Below, piece after piece: positions 38,760-51,570 of a DNA stretch of 64,000 nt; position 1 is the first letter of the stretch; the number at the start of each line of letters is the position of its first letter. Source of the stretch: Octopus vulgaris (Eukaryota); contig OX597817.1 in NCBI GenBank assembly GCA_951406725.2, positions 130,882,001 through 130,946,000 on the forward strand, in the 5' to 3' direction. The notes beneath the pieces were generated by a model. The model did not search any database. It was not told the DNA's origin and was given only the letters and a program-made list of their open reading frames with translations. A program made the position numbers and the translations under genes.

Positions 38760-40807
38760 ACTGTTACTTAGCCCCATGAAACATCGATTCTAGCTGGCTA
38801 TACGAGACAAATATTCTGTGTCCTTATATTTTCGAACAGGGCAGATCTGAACCTCCCCCCAGGTAGCAGGCCAGAAAACGGTCAAAGAGTTTATGCCACC
38901 GATGCTAATGCTGCTGAATTGGCAGAGGAACCAGAGGACATCACCCACACTGCGTTTTTCAAACTTTGACAAGTAGAACCATTTGCTCAAACCTTGTTGT
39001 ATCCTCAGGTACCATCCTACCTCACCTAGAACAAGAAGACATGGATGCATAAAACTTAACTATTGCCTGGGGAGAGTTTTCACAGTACATCTCAGCCAAC
39101 ATGAGTGTTTCTATCTCTCTCTGAAACTGCATGGGGCTAGATGACCAACGTGTTTCCAAGACCTAAAAATTGTTGATGGACAACTTTGTGCTACATATAG
39201 GGAAGTCTGCTTTAAACACGGACTGCTAGAAAATGAAACACAGTGGGATGCAACTCTGGCAGAAGCTGGTACCACACTCACCTAGAAGTCTCAGGGCAAT
39301 GTCTACAGTATTATTGCAAGCATGGGATCTGTGTGATCCTCCCTCTTTGTGGATCAAGTGCAGAGATGACCTGTCTGAAGTTCTGAAGCATCAAGTATAA
39401 TTGCAGTTTCCTGTCATGGAAGTAGGTTCCTGTCACGAAGTCTAAAATAGAGCAATGATTGACCTAGAAGAGAAGATTGTTTTAATGGGTGGAAATGTTT
39501 TGCCAACACATGGCCTGCCCCAAACCTACCGCACAGGGTCAAGCACTCTTCCCACAGATCCTACAAGAAACATCCTATGGCATTGATGTACTTGCCAGAT
39601 ATATCAATGAAACTGAGCCCAAACTAATTTCGGACCAGCAATGCGCTTCCAACACCATTGGAGCCTTCAGTATACTGGGGCCTCTAGAACTACCTCCTCT
39701 TAGATTGGAACTTAAAGTGGGAACTCCAGTAATGCTATTGAGGAATTTCGATCCACCAACACTCTGCAATGGGATACGCCTTGTGGTAAAGAATATGATG
39801 CCACATGTTATTGAGGCCACCATTCTGTCTGAATGTGGAAATGGAAATGATGTTTTCGTACCCAGGATTCCTCCTATTTTATCGGGAACAGAAATTCAAT
39901 TTTCGTTCAGAAGGATGCAAATTCTCATTCGGGTTCGCTTCGCAATGTCTATAAATAAACCCCAGAGTCAGACAAAGACTGTGGTAGGACTTAATTGGGA
40001 AGAGTCGTCCCTCTCATAGGCAGTTATATGTTGGCCTCTCTACAGTGGAAAAATCTGTTTGCATACTTTCCACAAGGAAAATATTGATTACCAAGAGGTT
40101 TTGTAGGAATTACTACCTTCCTACGATGCGCTCCAGTATCCACTGTTCTTAGTGAATGACGAAGAGGGATACCACTTCGGAATTCAACAGGTTAATACCA
40201 ACAATCGCGAAGACCTGACCAACAATGCAGTTTCCTGTATGGACCACCGTATCAAATTATATTCTCCAATTACTCCCACTAACCACGTGGAAAGCCATTT
40301 TGTCTTATTTTCTCATGTAATTCATTACTACATATTCTCATGTGATTGCATAGTCTCGGCTTATGTTTCTTATTCTACATCCACCCAAACAAGCCAATGT
40401 CAGCCCTTTGTCTTCTGCAACACTTCAACAGTTCGTTTCACCGTTGCCGTCTCCTATTGCAGCTCCTTTCCGAAAAGCAACCATTGACATACGATGTCTC
40501 CATTACACTTACATTCATCCAACTGTTAACCGTCCGTTGAGCCGTGGGAGCTGCAGCACCGACAGCCGCAAAGGAGAGTATATCCCCTGGCATACCCACT
40601 CACCACCCATTTTCTATGAGAGGTTAGGGCCTGAAGTCCTTCATACGGACTCATGACATGTCGCTTAGTTGAATTAGCCCATCATTTACTTCACAAATGT
40701 TTTGTCATCAATGCTATACTTCACCGCATCAAATGGTTGAACATAACTGCAATATATATACTAACTATGCTAGTTTAATCCCGATCAATGCCGGATATCT
40801 CTGCTAA
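38760..40807 (+). mobile_element. Helitron remnant (RepHel fragments, PIF1-like helicase C-terminus, 3' end)
   Basis: ENGQRVY...TAFFKL...LLYPQVP; DLKIVDGQLCATYREVCFKHGLLEN; LKVGTPVMLLRNFDPPTLCNG...FAMSINKPQSQT. Weak hairpin, then CTAA|T at 40804-40808. Confidence 0.85.
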
Positions 40808-40838
40808 TCTATAGATAAATCACACATTTCTCTTACAG

Positions 40839-40916
40839 CTGTTCGGTCTGGTGCCATATACACACAGTGGGGAAAACGAAATTGCACTTCTAGAAGATCT
40901 ACCCAAGTCTATTCTG
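40839..40916 (+). CDS. Internal exon of short-chain collagen C4-like domain protein
   Basis: Acceptor TTTCTCTTACAG; 78 nt, phase 1-1; VRSGAIYTQWGKRNCTSRRSTQVYSG (YxxWGxxxC motif); donor G/GTAAGC. Joins the next exon in frame. Confidence 0.9.
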
Positions 40917-41327
40917 GTAAGCATATATAATGTTTCACCTCAACATTGGTTATTTATGTCTCGAGAATTTTCACACTACAACACAACACACTTCTAGATT
41001 AATAAACGTTACAAATAGTTTACCAGGAATAAAACTCGAGACATGGATTTTACTCAAAATACTATTTTTTTTAACAACTTTTGATTCGTCTTCTGAAAAG
41101 AAATAAGTGAAAAATGTAATTAATCAACTCTTATTTAATTCACTAGAACCTCTGTTTGTTGACGATAATTGATGAATGTTAATTAGAATTGATCGCTAAA
41201 GTGGAACAATTGTTCTCCATTGCACTCATTTATTTGATTCATTAGATATTTCAATTTGATTTATAGATGTTATTTCATTCATTAGATAATTCAAAAATTA
41301 ACACTGAAATCGCATATTTGTTGACAG

Positions 41328-41833
41328 GTATTGCTGGCGGAACACATTTCACACACACAGGAGCCGGAAGCAACTATTTGTGCTTAACAATGAACCCTCA
41401 ATGGGGCAATTACACAAACATTAATGAGGCAGCCACCGGCCTTATATACGGTGTCGAATATGAAGTATCATCCTATGCGAAAAGTAAGACATTTGGAATG
41501 TTTGCACCTAAACCATACGCTTTGCAGGATCAAGATGTCCCTTGTGCAGTCTGTGAAACTAACAAACCTGCTTCAGTATTGATGATTCCAGGTCGAAAAG
41601 AATGTGTGGGTAAATGGAAAATGGAGTATTCAGGTTATTTGATGACAGAATATTATAAGCATGTAGGTAGAACTGAATATATATGTGTCGACAAAGAAGC
41701 TGAAGCTGACACCAAAGGATACGAAAACAAGAATGGTGCTCTCTTATACCACGTACAAGCTGTGGTTGGTTCATTGCCAAGTCCTCCATACGAGAACTAT
41801 AGAGAGTTAACATGTGTTGTGTGTAGTAAATAG
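41328..41833 (+). CDS. Terminal exon of short-chain collagen C4-like (spongin NC1-type) domain protein
   Basis: Acceptor TTTGTTGACAG. Uninterrupted GIAGGTHFTHTGAGSNYLCL...IYGVEYE...DVPCAVC...MIPGRKEC...EYSGYLM...EYICVD...NGALLY...ELTCVVCSK*. Confidence 0.92.
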
Positions 41834-41935
41834 TCAGGTTTATTTCTTCCTGAAATTTATACTTACATTGACTTACAATATTGACTTACATTTAATGCAG
41901 CAATAACAATTTAATATATAGATTCGGGGGATTAC

Positions 41936-41984
<49 letters not shown>

Positions 41985-42042
41985 CAAATATTATATATAT
42001 ATTTATATATATATATATATATTTATATATACATATATATAT

Positions 42043-42096
<54 letters not shown>

Positions 42097-42205
42097 TACA
42101 TATTATATATATATATATATAGTATATGTATGTATACACACACATGTATAATATATATATATATATACATATATATGATATATATTTATATATGCAAACG
42201 TTCTG

Positions 42206-42384
42206 TATGCTTTCGGTGCGAATGGTTTTTTTATCGTGTAAGTAATAATAATGGTATTTTTATATAACCTTAAAGCTTATGCGATCACCATGAAACTTTA
42301 AGCTTATATAGAAATATCAGTATTGCTATTTACAAGATTGTAAATCACGGCGCCGTATTAAAAACCATTCGCACCGAAAGTATA
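42206..42384. repeat. Fold-back palindrome inside a TA-rich array; central CAT-GAAA-CTTTAAG resembles a hammerhead 3' half
   Basis: TATGCTTTCGGTGCGAATGGTTTTT...AAAAACCATTCGCACCGAAAGTATA, plus inner arms around ~42285. Confidence 0.75.
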
Positions 42385-43176
42385 TATATAATATATGTGC
42401 ATATAAAAAAAATATATATATATGATACATATACATATAGAATATATATGTATATATACATATAATATATATGTGTGTGTGTGCATGTGTGTGTACATAA
42501 ATAAATATAGGGATAAAAGTAAGATGAGCAGCACGGGTGTAAGCAAACTAATCTGATCCATTAGAGAGAAGAGCCATAAATATACCACGGAGTGGGAAAT
42601 AATGAGTATAGCTACAACGTACCGTGCATGAGGAGGTAGCTGTGAGTTATGTATATAGGGAATCTACCAAATATTCATATCGAGACACAAATTACTTAAC
42701 ACCAGGCTTGAAAAGCCTTAAGATGCTTGCATTAACATACCAAAACATTTAAGAAAAGTTCGAGGTAACTCAATGTCTTACCCACAGTTGTATGTGAAAA
42801 GAAGGAGAGAAGAACATATCCTCAATTCAAAATATCCAAGGCCCTTCATAACCTACCAAACATATATACTATACATCTTATACTACCAAGCATAAAGCAC
42901 ACAGTCAATAGATATGTGAATAAAAACATTACATGACAAGTACTACACTTGAGTATAAGATTGTCAATTAGCCAACTACTACAATTCATAATCAGGCATG
43001 CCAAAACAATAATATCAACCTTGACCTAGTTAGACAGAACCCTGACTTCGGACAATAACCGATGTGGAACAGGTGTCAACCCCACAAGCTTACAAACAGA
43101 TCAGATTTCAGTTTGAAAACAACCGCCCCTACTTTCCCCTGAACCCTAACTAACCAACACACTAAGTAACTAACAC

Positions 43177-43207
<31 letters not shown>

Positions 43208-43529
43208 GTATTTAGTTTGCTTAAAAATTAACCAAATGGACAGACCTGGAAAAAGTTGCACAGAAAATAATGCCCGGTTGCGTGTGCAACTGTCTGCATT
43301 TTGTCCAGTGGAAACATATGTAGATCATAACAAGCCTTAAAATAGGCTGTTTGAAATTATAAAATGAGGGAATAAATCTTGAGTATGAAAAAGTCTCCAT
43401 AATCGCTATCATTATTGATTTGATATATATATATACATATATATATATATAAATATATATATATACATGTGTGTATGTATGTATGTGTGTGTAGAAGGTT
43501 GAAAAGGAACACACAAGTTGATATATATG

Positions 43530-45030
43530 GAAAAAAGTCAAGGAAGAAAATGATAAAATAATTTTGTAAAAAGCATTTCAGTACCGGTTTCAGTCATTTA
43601 GACTTTTTCAACTGTAAGTATGGAAAACAATTAAATTTAGGAAAAATTAAAAGAAAAGTTTTTAAAAGAATATTTGCATAGTGTTCAAATAAAAGTGGCA
43701 TTTTCCTTGTTTCTGCCTGTCTCTGTGTCTCTTGTTTATTCTTGTGGGGTCGAGGTCGTTGTGATTTCTTGGCAAGGAAGAAGAATGAGAAGAAGAAGAA
43801 GAAGAAGAAGAAGAAGAAGAAGAATGAGAAGAAGAAGAAGAAGAATAAGAAGAAGAAGAAGAAGGAGAAGAAGGAGAAGAAGAAGAACAAGGAGAAGAAG
43901 AAGAAGAGGAAGAAAAGAAAAAGAAAAAGGAGGAGGAAGAGAAGAAGAATAAGGAAGTGCCATGATAATAGTAGGATGTTAAATGGTCAAGTGCCCTGAA
44001 AGTGACTTGTAATGATCGAATTCTTGAGACATGTCTTTTGAATGTATTGTTTATAAAATTTGCGTAGGCGTTATTCTAATCAGCAACAATAGTGGTAAAG
44101 TTAGGAAGAAGGTGGCGAAGAGGAAGAAGACGACGAAAAAGAAGAAGAAAGAGAAGGGAGAATATAGGTGGTATGATAGTAATAGGTTGTTAAATGGTCA
44201 AGTGACCTAAAAGTGTTTCGTTAAAGATTATAGCAGTGATTCGGACTGTTTTTTAAATGAATTCTTGGGAATCACTTGAGTGTATCATTTTTAATATTTG
44301 TGTGTGTATTTGTGTTATTGTAAGGCCGTTGTGGATATGTCGTTTGTCATAGACTTGTTCAGAAGGGGCCTGTATTTTGTAATAAAGAGAGTCTCTTTAC
44401 TAATTCGTTGGCTACAGGTTGTATCGTCCCTGAATTGGCAGAGGAGAAACATTCTGAAGATTGTATTTTTGTTGTTGGCGGAAATGTCGATGTGTTGGCT
44501 GAATGCTATTTTTCTGTTCTGGGGAATTATGATCTAGGATCTGTGTAGAGCCATCCTTTTACGTAGACTGTTTTTTTGTTTGGTCTATGTATTGCTCTTG
44601 ACATCCAGAGCAGGTTAGTGTGTATATCAGGTTCTTCGAAGCACATGTGAATTTGCTTTTCACTGTAAAACGTTGTCCCTATTTGAAGGAGAACTTTGAT
44701 CTCTCAATTAAATTGACGCATATCCCACAGTTAGGTCTTCCGCATTTTTTACTGGCAGTTTCTGTGTTGTTGTTGAGCGTATTCGGGCTTGTGTTAGGAG
44801 ACTTTTCATAGATTTAGGTTGTCTCTTGCTTTTTATGATGGTGTGCGTATGGCGGATTAAATTAATTCTGTGGTCCTTTTTTAGTAGGGGAATGTTTTGA
44901 AGAATGGTGTCGAAGGCTACATTGTTAAGATGGTTGTGTGTAGAGATGTATGTTAGGGCTTTTGGTTGTAAATCCTTCTTTAATTTGGGATGTCTGAGTT
45001 CGTGGATGTTGAGTTGAAGGACACGTTGGA
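43530..45030 (-). mobile_element. 5'-truncated Penelope-like element, Neptune-like (GIY-YIG + 3' UTR with (CTT)n)
   Basis: On -: KSKRQPKSMKSLL, KCGRPNCGICVNL (zinc-finger-like linker), FTCASKNLIYTLTCSGCQEQYIDQT. Confidence 0.85.
43579..43614 (-). ncRNA. Minimal type I hammerhead, U3-A8 variant, structurally intact
   Basis: On -: CAG-TTGAAAA-AGTC(TAAAT)GACT-GAAA-CCGG-TA-CTG. Palindromic ACCGGT, GUA site. Confidence 0.85.
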
Positions 45031-47432
45031 AGCATATGTCAATTAGTGAAGAAAGAATATTAGAGACATCATGACAATATAGCAAGGATTGTCCATTGGA
45101 CACTTTGCAACAAGTATGGACTTGACGGAGAAAAAACGTGGTACAAACCATAAACCCGAAGGTATTATCAAATATGATAATGCAAAGATCCTATAGGATC
45201 TTATGATTCAGTGAAACCATGAGACAGAGAATAGGAAACCAGACATAGTCTTAATAGAGAAACAAAGCAAACGATATAAGATATAAGTGAAGGAGCCACC
45301 TAAAACTGAGAAAAGGGAAAAGTTCTAGAAGATGTGGAGCAACAAAAAACGATAGAGCAAGAGAAAGTGAGACATGATGAAACTGAAGAGCAGAAATGGA
45401 AGGCAATAGGAATAGAAGGGCTGAGATGTGTACTTAGGAAATCTCAGAAATGGAAAACTCCAGGACTGGATCGAATTCCTAACTTCTGGTTAAATTGTCT
45501 GACACGAGTACACCAAAATTTATTTGCATCTTTAACTGATGCTATCCAGAAACCAGAGAAAATAGCTGGCTGGCTGACTGACTGAGGGAACGACATACTT
45601 CTACCAGAAAGTGAAGACACAAACAACCTAAAGAACTACTGACCAATAACATGTCTCAACACCACCTGAAAGATCTTCACATCCATAATAACTGACAAAG
45701 CATACGGTTTATTGAACAGAGATCTAGTCTTCCACAAGCTCAAAAAGGCTGTAAAATTAATTCTTATGGGTGCAAAGATCAATTACTCAGAAGTAAAATG
45801 ATTGTAGAGAATTGCCGGAGCAACAAGAAGAACCTGAGTATGGCATAGATAGACGAACACACGCGTCCTTCGGAACCATAGTAATGTGAGGAACCAAACT
45901 AACAAACGAGGCAAATTTCAAGGTGGCTCCCTACCCCCAATACTCTGATCCCAGAATTCAGCAATGGCATCGGGATGGTCTTTGGCTTGAGCTAAAGCAA
46001 CATTTTTAAGAGGCAATCTCAGGCAAACAGCTTCCATTGAATTAGATATTGACACTACTATGAAGGAGCTTGACCCAGAAGAAAATTACACATACACGGG
46101 GATAAACGAAGGAGGTGGTATACAACATGCTGCTATGAAGGAAAAAATAAGAAAAGAATATTACAGGAGAATAAGACACATACTAAAAACTGAACTCAAC
46201 TCCAAAAATCGCATGGAAGCCATTAACACCCTGGCATTTCGAGTAGTCCAGTATAGTTTTAACATCATTAACTGGAATCTTACAGAGCTCCAACGCCTGG
46301 ACATGAAGGCAAGAAAAATACTAACTTCTAAGAACATGCACCACCCAAAAGCAGATATTGACCGTATGTGCCTACCTAGAAATAAAGGGGGAAGAGGAAC
46401 GATGCAGATACAACTGTCCTATAAGACCTCCACAATAGCAACGAACAGGTACTTATCTAGTACAGAGGACTGGATGCTGCGGCTTGTGTACAAACACGAA
46501 AGCAGCAAAAAGCTACATTCGATTATCAAGGAAGCTTGCGAATTCGCAAGGGAAGTTGACATTAATCCTGAAATAGTTGAAGAACCTGAAACCTGGATCA
46601 AGTAGACTTCAAAAAAAGAACGGACAGACACAAACTGAGGAGCGATGGAACTAGAAGCCTCTGCATAGACAATATATAGTTCGAAGTAGAAATGCTGATA
46701 TAGATCACTCAATAACGCATCAGTGGCTGAGAATTTCAGGAGTTCAAGCAGAGACTGAAGGTTCTATAAGGGCGACACAAAACCAGAACTTGCTGACAAA
46801 AACTACCAGGCTAACGTTCTATAAAACGGTTCTGATCTTAAATTCAGATTCTGCGATACATTTGACAAAACAATCGAACATCTCGTCTCGGGATGTCCTG
46901 TGCTGACACCAAACGAATATGATATTCGCCACGATAAGGTAGGACAGTATTTACATTTGAAACTATATAAACACTACAAAATCAGCACTCCTGCTTACTG
47001 GTATGAACATCATCCTGAGTCGCTTGTTCAAGGTAAAACTTTCACTATCACTGGAAAAAATAGGTGGGATTGGCTGATAAAAGGAACCCTAAAACAGACC
47101 GAGAGCACTATACTGACAGCACAAGACCAAGCTTTGACCACGAACTAGAGGGTCAACATTTGGAATGAGCAAGTGTCTCTGCTGTGCCGCATCTGCAATA
47201 GAGTCGATGAAACCATTACTCATATCACGAACAGTAAGTAAAAATCTTCAGAAGTACATGGGACAAATAGCGGTTGCAATAAGGGTGGGGCACTTGCAGA
47301 AAACAGTACTGCTTGGAACCGCTCGGATACTCCGTATCGAGCTCGAAAAAATAGGGATGTTACCTAAGCTCACTTGTACTGAACAGTTGACACCTAGTCC
47401 ATCTCAATCATTAGAAGCTGTGCAGAGACAAT
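45031..47432 (+). mobile_element. R4/Dong-like non-LTR retrotransposon fragments (RT, CCHC, RLE), rearranged
   Basis: KWKTPGLDRIPNFWL, GCKDQLL, KTELNSKNRMEAINTLA, IEHLVSGCPVL...RHDKVGQYLH. RLE piece ENRKPDIVL at ~45230. Ends in a TAA-rich tail. Confidence 0.8.
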
Positions 47433-47989
47433 AAAATAATAATAGTAATAATAATAATATAAGAATGAAAATAATAAAAATAATTAACGGACCCCATAAC
47501 AAAACCAAATAAAAGAGAGAGAACGGCGGGTCGATAGTCATAAATACAATAAAATAGTTGATTTATGAGTTACACACACACACACCCCACTATGCGACAC
47601 CTCTCCAAAACATACGAAAATAAACTCATACTGTAAACACTAAAAAAAATAAACAAAACCCGTATGTGCCATAGAAGTCAGATACCCGACAGAACACATC
47701 CTACGATGTACAAACAATACACAATATATAAACTAATACAACAGAAGTCTCAAACCAAACCTCACAACAAACGCACTGATACAATATCCCCATCAAAACA
47801 AATGCAGTACCCATCATCCCACCAGCACAAAGATGCAACAAATGATTCAATAGAAAGTTGCTTGAAACTTTCAGATGTCGATAGATAATAGTGGTGATGA
47901 CAATGGTGACGAACGTTACTTTACCTCACTTTATAAGAGATAAGAGTTTCCGAAGAAACTCTGGTGTAACAGCGAAAATGAAACTGGAC

Positions 47990-48949
47990 CTTTAAGGGAA
48001 GGTCTCTCACTCGGAAGTGGTTCAGCAAAGATGCAGGCTGATCACAGCTGTTATTCTAACTCAGCATCAGCTGATCATAAAACTAGGAGGACCAGCAAAG
48101 AAAACAGGATAGGAATGCAGTGCTATTTAGAAAGTAAACCTTAAAGAAGGGGTTATAGAGAACGGTGTAGAGAAGGGTATGTTTAAAGTTGATAAGTTGA
48201 TTAAGCTAATACTATTAGAAGAATGTGGATGATAGAATTGGCGGTAGAAGAGATCACAATAGAACTGGAAAACAAAAGTTGGGCAGTAGGAAAGACATAC
48301 AACAACAAGAATACATCTCAAACCAAAGAAGAACCCAAAGAAAAATGATAATAGTGCTACCAAAGACTTAAGTGATTTAAGTGAGAAAGATCAGAAGATT
48401 TTAGATGAGTTGTAGGAAGTAATGAGAAAAGAAGTAAGAAAAATATTGCCGGTATTAAATGGTACCAACAGAAGGAAGCTGCTAGAAAATGACTCGGAAA
48501 GTAGATTCTGTTATCAATAGGATAGATACTAAAATATAAAAAATATAGTAGATACTGACTTATTGGTCTATGCAGTCAGAGTAGTAGTCACCATAAGATT
48601 AGCTATTCCTGAAGGAAAGATTTTAAAAAAGCATATGAGGAAAAGGAGATTACAAAATAAAATAAGTGAAGACTTTAAGACAAAAATCTGAGTAGAATAG
48701 AAACCTGGAAATTGATCAGGTTAGGAAACAGAAGATGCTATACTCTTGAAAAAAGACAGTTAAAGAGAAATGATTTGGAGCAGTCATAGAAGAGATGAAA
48801 CAGCGTATCAGTGTTTTTAGGGATAGCTAAGATACTTAGGAGTGTTCTTGGCATCTAAGATTACTTGTTGTAGACCGATGTTAGGAATTTTTACCAACGA
48901 TCTAATATGTTGTGTGTATATGAATAATAATATTAATAATAATAACAAC

Positions 48950-49047
<98 letters not shown>
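47990..49047 (+). mobile_element. Second R4/Dong-like remnant followed by (AAT)n (~48925-49047)
   Basis: The C-terminal LGIAKILRSVLGI* resembles LLGTARILRIEL of the upstream copy. A long (AAT)n array follows. Confidence 0.55.
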
Positions 49048-49048
<1 letters not shown>

Positions 49049-49769
49049 CCATGGATGAAATTTACAAACATTTTAATGTAACGTGCGTTTCCACGAATCA
49101 CATGTTTCTAAAGATCATAGTGTGTTTTCCTAGGATGATTACAGTACACACCTTAGTATCCATGGATATCGGGAAGGTCATGTGTGCGTGTTCATTTCTT
49201 CGGGCGATATGGCATTAACGGATGTTTAACTGAGGGTTGTTTATCAATTTTGACCAATGAAAAGGTTGGTTGAGCTATGTGGGCATGTTTCTGTGTATTT
49301 GGTGGGAAGGAGTAGAAGGTGAGGGAAAGAGAGAAAGGAATTGTAGTTATAAGGAGATGGAGGTGTGTGTGGTTATGTTGGACTTATTTCCATATTTGGT
49401 TTGACCTGAGTCACAGCAGGCGTCCTGTCAATGCATTCAGCAGCGAACAAAAGCAGTATAAATAGCAAAAGGTAGCAACAACAACAACAACAACACAAGC
49501 AACAGAAAAAAGGTATTTTGTTATTATTTGTTGTACCTGTTTTGTAAAATCATAGCCTCAAAGTGAGAGCTAATATCTCGGTTGTTGGTCCATCATAGAC
49601 TATTTTTGTTACTTATGTATCACTTTGACAATTTCTTTAAACATAACCATGGATAAAATTCAGCTAATTTGTATACAATGTTTTCTTTTGGTGACTTGTA
49701 GAGTTTTGCAACTTCTCGGAGTGTCATATCTCAAGTATTCATTTTGAGATTACTTTTTTAACGCTCATA

Positions 49770-50131
<362 letters not shown>

Positions 50132-50463
50132 TCAGTCTACTTCGAAGTAATCTTTAACACAGTTTCTGTGCAAATTTCTGGTGTGAAATTAATGAATTTC
50201 GAGCTTAGACATCAATAGCCTGTGTCATATCAAGCGACCAAGCGATTGGTGAGCGTTGCTACAGCTAACACTTCTTCAAAGAAAACCAGATAAACCGCAT
50301 ATACCTGGATATAACTCACTCAACAAGCAACTCCTTACTGGAATGGACCTTGATACCACAAAATTTAATTTGAAAAGGATTTAGTAAAATCCTACCAGGT
50401 GGTGCTATTGAGTTAGATATGGCCTGGACCAATCTTTGGCCGAAATATATCTAAGTTATTTAA

Positions 50464-50551
<88 letters not shown>

Positions 50552-50873
50552 CAATGGAGGCAATAACAGGGGAAAACTAGAGGAATATGACCTATTATCC
50601 AATGGAATATTCAATATATATATATGTACTTTCATTGGACCTCAATACATCAATATAAAGTTCTAGATAATACAGTATCAAAACATACAAGTATATAAAC
50701 ATATAATTATTTAATATCTTAAAATATTTGAATATATTTAAAAATACGTTGTCATTATAAATATATAAATACATAAATAGATATACAAATAGATATAAAA
50801 ATGGATATAAAACGTCGATATGAAATAAGATAAAAACTAGTAGGTATTTAAAAATATCCAAAATGTTCATATA

Positions 50874-51503
50874 TATCAAGTAGTCAGCGTGAAAAACCTC
50901 AGAAGAGAAAAAAAAAGAGAGTTGCATTCGGTACGATGTGTTTATTTATTTTAGTAGTTTTGACTTCAAGAGTCCCTCCTAGCGTGTGGCATTTATGTGT
51001 AGTAATGCCCTTTATATAATATAAATAAATAGATTTAAGTGATAAAAATTGGTGGATCTTTTCTCTTATGAGGTTTTTCACGCTGACTACTTGATAAATT
51101 CTTATAAAGAATTTATCCTATTATTAAATTGTGAATTTAACCGGAGTATATTCAATAATTTATTTTTATTTCGTATAAGCTCATTGTTACCGATATGCAA
51201 TTCGAAAAAACCTCCATTTACATAGATGTACAAGGGTGAACATTTCTATATACAACATTGGTTGTTCGTCTGGTATGTTGATTTTGTTCATTCATTATAA
51301 ATCTAGAATTATGCTTGCACTGATGAGTAAAGAGTGCACCACTGCACTGATTATGAAATCAAGGTGATCTGCAGCTAAATTCTGTTTGTAAATGACTTGC
51401 TTCGAGAGTTGCATTCGGTACGATGGGTTTATTTATTTTAGTAGTTTTGACTTTAAGAGTCCCTCCTAGCGTGTGGCATTTATGTGTAGTAATGCCCTCT
51501 ATA
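50874..51503 (+). mobile_element. Non-coding HHR element with ~100-bp terminal direct repeat and 38-bp inverted piece
   Basis: Direct repeat 50917-51016 / 51404-51503 (3 mismatches seen). Inverted repeat 50874-50911 / 51059-51096 (1 mismatch). (TA)n follows. Confidence 0.8.
51315..51374 (+). ncRNA. Complete type I hammerhead ribozyme
   Basis: TTGCA-CTGATGA-GTAA-AG-AGTGCA(CCAC)TGCACT-GA-TTAT-GAAA-TCA(AGG)TGA-TC-TGCAG. Canonical core, all three stems, AUC site. Confidence 0.9.

Positions 51504-51570
<67 letters not shown>

Noticed and set aside
41267-41327. ORF-track start MLFHSLDNSK... as the N-terminus of the C4-like protein
   Set aside because: Intronic read-through. The family motif continues from exon 40839-40916 via the acceptor at 41327.
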